32,000 bases of DNA from Candidatus Fokinia solitaria (lineage in GTDB: Bacteria; Pseudomonadota; Alphaproteobacteria; Rickettsiales; Midichloriaceae): assembly GCF_003072485.1 (NCBI RefSeq), contig NZ_CP025989.1:780001-812000 (forward strand), given 5' to 3'. Each line of letters opens with the position of its first letter. Within the stretch, counting starts at the first letter, position 1. Of this stretch, positions 29,192 through 32,000 are shown one piece after another. Made by a program: the position numbers and the translations under genes. Under the pieces are notes generated by a model. It searched no databases and was not told the origin of the DNA. It saw only the letters and a list, made by a program, of their open reading frames with translations.

Positions 29192-30523
29192 ATGAAAAGC
29201 ACTAATTTCGAATTCGAAAAACTCCATTCTAATGGAGTGGAAGTGGAATATAAAATCACTGTAACTGACAGTGAAATGAATAAAAATATAGAGAACAAGA
29301 TACTTGAATTATCGCAAAATTACAAATTACACGGTTTTCGAGAAGGTAAAGTGCCATTGGCTATGGTGCGAAAAAAAGAAATTGAAGGCGTGACAAGTCA
29401 GTATATCAGAGAATTGATAGCAGAGGGTATCAATCAATTGCATGATAAAGGCGAAATCGATACCTCATCTAGAGATTCTAGAATAGAGTTGGTTGAAATG
29501 AAGCAAGATGGAGTAACTGTAAAGGTAACAGGTACCGTACCGATAAAAGTGGATGTAAAGAAAATGCTGCATGATAAAAAAATAGAATTTTTATCCCTAG
29601 ATAAAAGCGAAGCAATCGATACAAGCGAAGCTGAGCAAACGATCGTACGACAACTCGCAAAAGAAGTGCCACAAGACAAAGATTATAAAGCTAAGAAAGG
29701 TGATACAGTAGTCCTCGATTTGACTGGTAAGTTGATGAGAGATAAAGAAGAAATAGATTTCGATGGCCTATCAGGTACAGGAGTAAGCTTGAAAATAGGC
29801 GATAATTATTTCGTCGTCCCGGGCTTTGAAGATAGTTTAATCGGATTAAGAACAGGAGATGTACACTTATTTGAAGGCACATTTCCTATGGACTATCACG
29901 ATCCGCAAATTAAAGGGAAAAAAGTACGATACCACATTACCGTCACTTCAGTACTATCAGTACAGGAAGAATCGCATTTAGATGATGCATTTGCAACGCA
30001 GATGGGCTTCTCTAATGTACAGGAGTTTAGAGCGATGCTACAAACTGATATCATGAGAAGATACGATAACATCATCTCTCTCATCAATAAGAAAAGACTC
30101 CTTGATTTCTGCGCTGATTCATTGGATTTTAAACCTTCCGCAGAAATGATAGCAAAGGAAAAGGATAATATAGTAAGTGAATATAAAGAAGCAATTCTCG
30201 CTAAAGATGGAGAAGAAGGATTGGATAAAGCAGTAAAAAACATGCTAAAAGTTAGCATCATTATCGGCGCTGTCGTTAGAGAAAAACATTTAGCAGTAAG
30301 CGAAGAAGAAATGAAGGAAAAAATGGAACAAGTGTTGAAAGATTATCCTCAGTCTGCACAAAAATTTAAGGAAATGGAAACAGATCCTACGTATAGAACG
30401 AGAATAAAAGCATCGATCCTTGAACAAAAAGTCGTAGATTTTATGATGACACTTACGAACGCTGCTTCTTATAAGCAGATATCGTTTAAGGAGATCAAAA
30501 ATTACGAAAATGAGATGATATAA
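29192..30523 (+). CDS. tig: Trigger factor
   Basis: YKLHGFREGKVPLAMVRKK ribosome-binding signature, FKBP-like domain AKKGDTVVLDLTGKLMRDKEEIDFDG...FEDSLIGLRTGDVHLFEGTFPMDY, C-terminal helical domain. Confidence 0.95.
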   Translation: MKSTNFEFEKLHSNGVEVEYKITVTDSEMNKNIENKILELSQNYKLHGFREGKVPLAMVRKKEIEGVTSQYIRELIAEGINQLHDKGEIDTSSRDSRIELVEMKQDGVTVKVTGTVPIKVDVKKMLHDKKIEFLSLDKSEAIDTSEAEQTIVRQLAKEVPQDKDYKAKKGDTVVLDLTGKLMRDKEEIDFDGLSGTGVSLKIGDNYFVVPGFEDSLIGLRTGDVHLFEGTFPMDYHDPQIKGKKVRYHITVTSVLSVQEESHLDDAFATQMGFSNVQEFRAMLQTDIMRRYDNIISLINKKRLLDFCADSLDFKPSAEMIAKEKDNIVSEYKEAILAKDGEEGLDKAVKNMLKVSIIIGAVVREKHLAVSEEEMKEKMEQVLKDYPQSAQKFKEMETDPTYRTRIKASILEQKVVDFMMTLTNAASYKQISFKEIKNYENEMI

Positions 30524-30570
30524 TATACGCTGTTTTCACATATATTGATTAGATAGAGTAATGTATTATC

Positions 30571-30589
30571 GGCAGTAGGTCGTACTGCC
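30571..30589 (+). terminator. Short stem-loop downstream of tig
   Basis: GGCAGTA (30571-30577) / TACTGCC (30583-30589) perfect 7-bp stem with a 5-nt loop, followed by a weak TTATATT. Confidence 0.4.
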
Positions 30590-30689
30590 TTATATTGCTG
30601 AAGCTTGCTTTTTTCCTTCTCAGTTTCTGCAGTAAGTGCATGGCGGATGAAAGTATGTATGCTTTTTGAGGTGTGTTTATAGCGCTTGT

Positions 30690-30718
30690 CGGAAATGAGG
30701 TTTTTCCTACAATTTCCG
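30690..30718. repeat. Inverted repeat between tig and the tandem array
   Basis: CGGAAAT (30690-30696) and ATTTCCG (30712-30718), with inner AGG/CCT around TTTTT, forming a longer interrupted stem. Confidence 0.45.
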
Positions 30719-30767
30719 CATTCTTCTTGCTTTCTGCAAATCGCAAAAAGTGGAGTATTTGTTATAG

Positions 30768-31418
30768 GTCGAAAATGCTGTTGATGTTTCATACAAACAT
30801 GGGATGCGAATACACAAGCGTAAGAATCGAACTTCTCACATATAGTACATCGCACCACAACAGTAACAGCGCTATGGAGAATAATACTTCTCTATTTCGA
30901 AATACTGCTTAGATGTTCTATGCAAACATGGGATGCGAATACACAAGCGTAAGAATCGAACTTCTCACATACAGTACATCGCACCACAACAGTAACAGCG
31001 CTATGGAGAATAACGCTTCTCTATTTCGAAATGCTGCTTAGATGTTCTATACAAACATGGGATGCGAATACACAAACGTATGGATCTAACTTCTCACATA
31101 TACGGCACACTACAACAGTAGCAGCGCTATGGAGAATAATACTTCTCTATTTCGAAATACTGCTTAGATGTTCTATACAAACATGGGATGCGAATACACA
31201 AGCGTAAGGATCGAACTTCTCACATACAGTACATCACAGCACACCACAGCAGTAACAGCACTATGGAGAATAATACTTCTCTATTTCGAAATACTACTTA
31301 GATGTTCTATGCAAACATGGGATGCGAATACACAAGCGTAAGGATCGAACTTCTCACATACAGTACATCACAGCACACCACAGCAGTAGCAGCACTATGG
31401 AGAATAATACTTCTCTAT
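30768..31418. repeat. Minisatellite: five tandem copies of a ~129-bp unit plus a degenerate leading fragment
   Basis: The landmark CAAACATGGGATGCGAATACACAA starts at 30794, 30923, 31052, 31180 and 31312 (periods 129, 129, 128, 132). Copies share CTATGGAGAATAA[TC][AG]CTTCTCTAT. Confidence 0.95.
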
Positions 31419-31494
31419 AAATAGGAGTTTGAACTTCCTCGATTTCAGATATTTTCTCAGTACACATCACAAACGTGATACAGCATTACATTGC

Positions 31495-32000
31495 TTATTT
31501 TCTGATACACGATTCTCTCATCCTTAATTCACTTGGTAAATGCAGCAACTCTAATACAGTATTTGCTATATTTGCCAATCCTAGCTCTTGTTTTTTAAAA
31601 GTAATCGCTCTATTACCGACATAGCAAAGCGGCACAACATTGGTGGTATGTTGAGTATTAATCTCTTCATTACTAAAAAGCATTTCCTCGATATTGCCGT
31701 GATCCGAACACACAAGCATCTCATACTCATTTCTCGTACATACATCAACTAGCTCTCGCAAGCAATGATCTATCACTTCGCACGCTCTCACTGCTGCTTG
31801 AAAATTACCTGTATGTCCAACCATATCTAAATTTGGATAGTTTACGCATACGAATCCATATTCACCTCTCATCAATGAATCACTTAATACGCGCGTCACT
31901 TCATATGCGGACATTTCCGGCTTTAAATCATATGTAGGCACTTTAGGCGATGGTATAAGTATCCTCTCTTCCAGCGCATAAGGTGTCTCTCTTCCACAAT
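31495..32000 (-). CDS. gpmI: 2,3-bisphosphoglycerate-independent phosphoglycerate mutase, C-terminal part (partial, runs off the window)
   Basis: Frame is open to the right edge and reads GRETPYALEERILIPSPKVPTYDLKPEMSAYEVT...NYPNLDMVGHTGN...CSDHGNIEEM, typical of iPGM. The GTG at 31941 is internal, not the real start. Confidence 0.92.
   Translation of the reverse strand, partial: CGRETPYALEERILIPSPKVPTYDLKPEMSAYEVTRVLSDSLMRGEYGFVCVNYPNLDMVGHTGNFQAAVRACEVIDHCLRELVDVCTRNEYEMLVCSDHGNIEEMLFSNEEINTQHTTNVVPLCYVGNRAITFKKQELGLANIANTVLELLHLPSELRMRESCIRK

Noticed and set aside
30794-31179. Repeated short ORFs inside the 129-bp units (MFYANMGCEYTSVRIELLTYSTSHHNSNSAMENN..SLFRN.A*), period 43 codons
   Set aside because: The first two copies read similarly, but copy 3 has an early stop (NVWI*) and copies 4-5 shift frame after the small insertion, so there is no sign of coding selection.
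30768-31418. CRISPR array
   Set aside because: Whole ~129-bp units are near-identical with no variable spacers and no short palindromic direct repeat of CRISPR size. No cas genes are in the window.
30794-31418. tRNA-like T-loop (GTTCGAT on the minus strand of each repeat unit)
   Set aside because: No acceptor, D or anticodon arms could be fitted around it; the match is only a small hairpin.

Overview
This is an AT-rich bacterial chromosomal window. Its gene content (tolB, a P44/Msp2-like outer-membrane protein, pdhB, cydB, an isolated rpsQ-rplN-rplX group, POT and AGCS transporters) and dense small-genome layout look like an intracellular alphaproteobacterium, possibly Rickettsiales. That affiliation is inference only. 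I assign these features: a C-terminal AAA/OLD-like ATPase fragment with an RNxxxH motif, uvrA, a three-gene COG2984/COG4120/COG1101-type ABC transporter, tolB, rplX, rplN, rpsQ, nuoB, a TolC-family protein, fabI, a divergent HU/IHF-like protein, two adenylate kinase paralogs flanking fmt, a POT transporter, ssb, a C-terminally short glyS, ubiG, a Cys-rich beta-barrel OMP, pdhB, cydB, a DsbA-like protein, an AGCS symporter, a Xer recombinase, rlmE, tig, a ~129-bp tandem repeat array and the 3' part of gpmI. No rRNA, CRISPR array or convincing tRNA was seen. The most interesting items are: (1) an adenylate kinase paralog with a predicted lipoprotein signal peptide, next to a cytoplasmic-type paralog; (2) the ATPase fragment with a HEPN-like motif; (3) a GlyS lacking its C-terminal domain; (4) a five-copy 129-bp minisatellite between convergent tig and gpmI; (5) a Cys-rich insertion in an OMP; (6) a ribosomal operon reduced to three genes. 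No complete new multi-gene system can be demonstrated from sequence reading alone.
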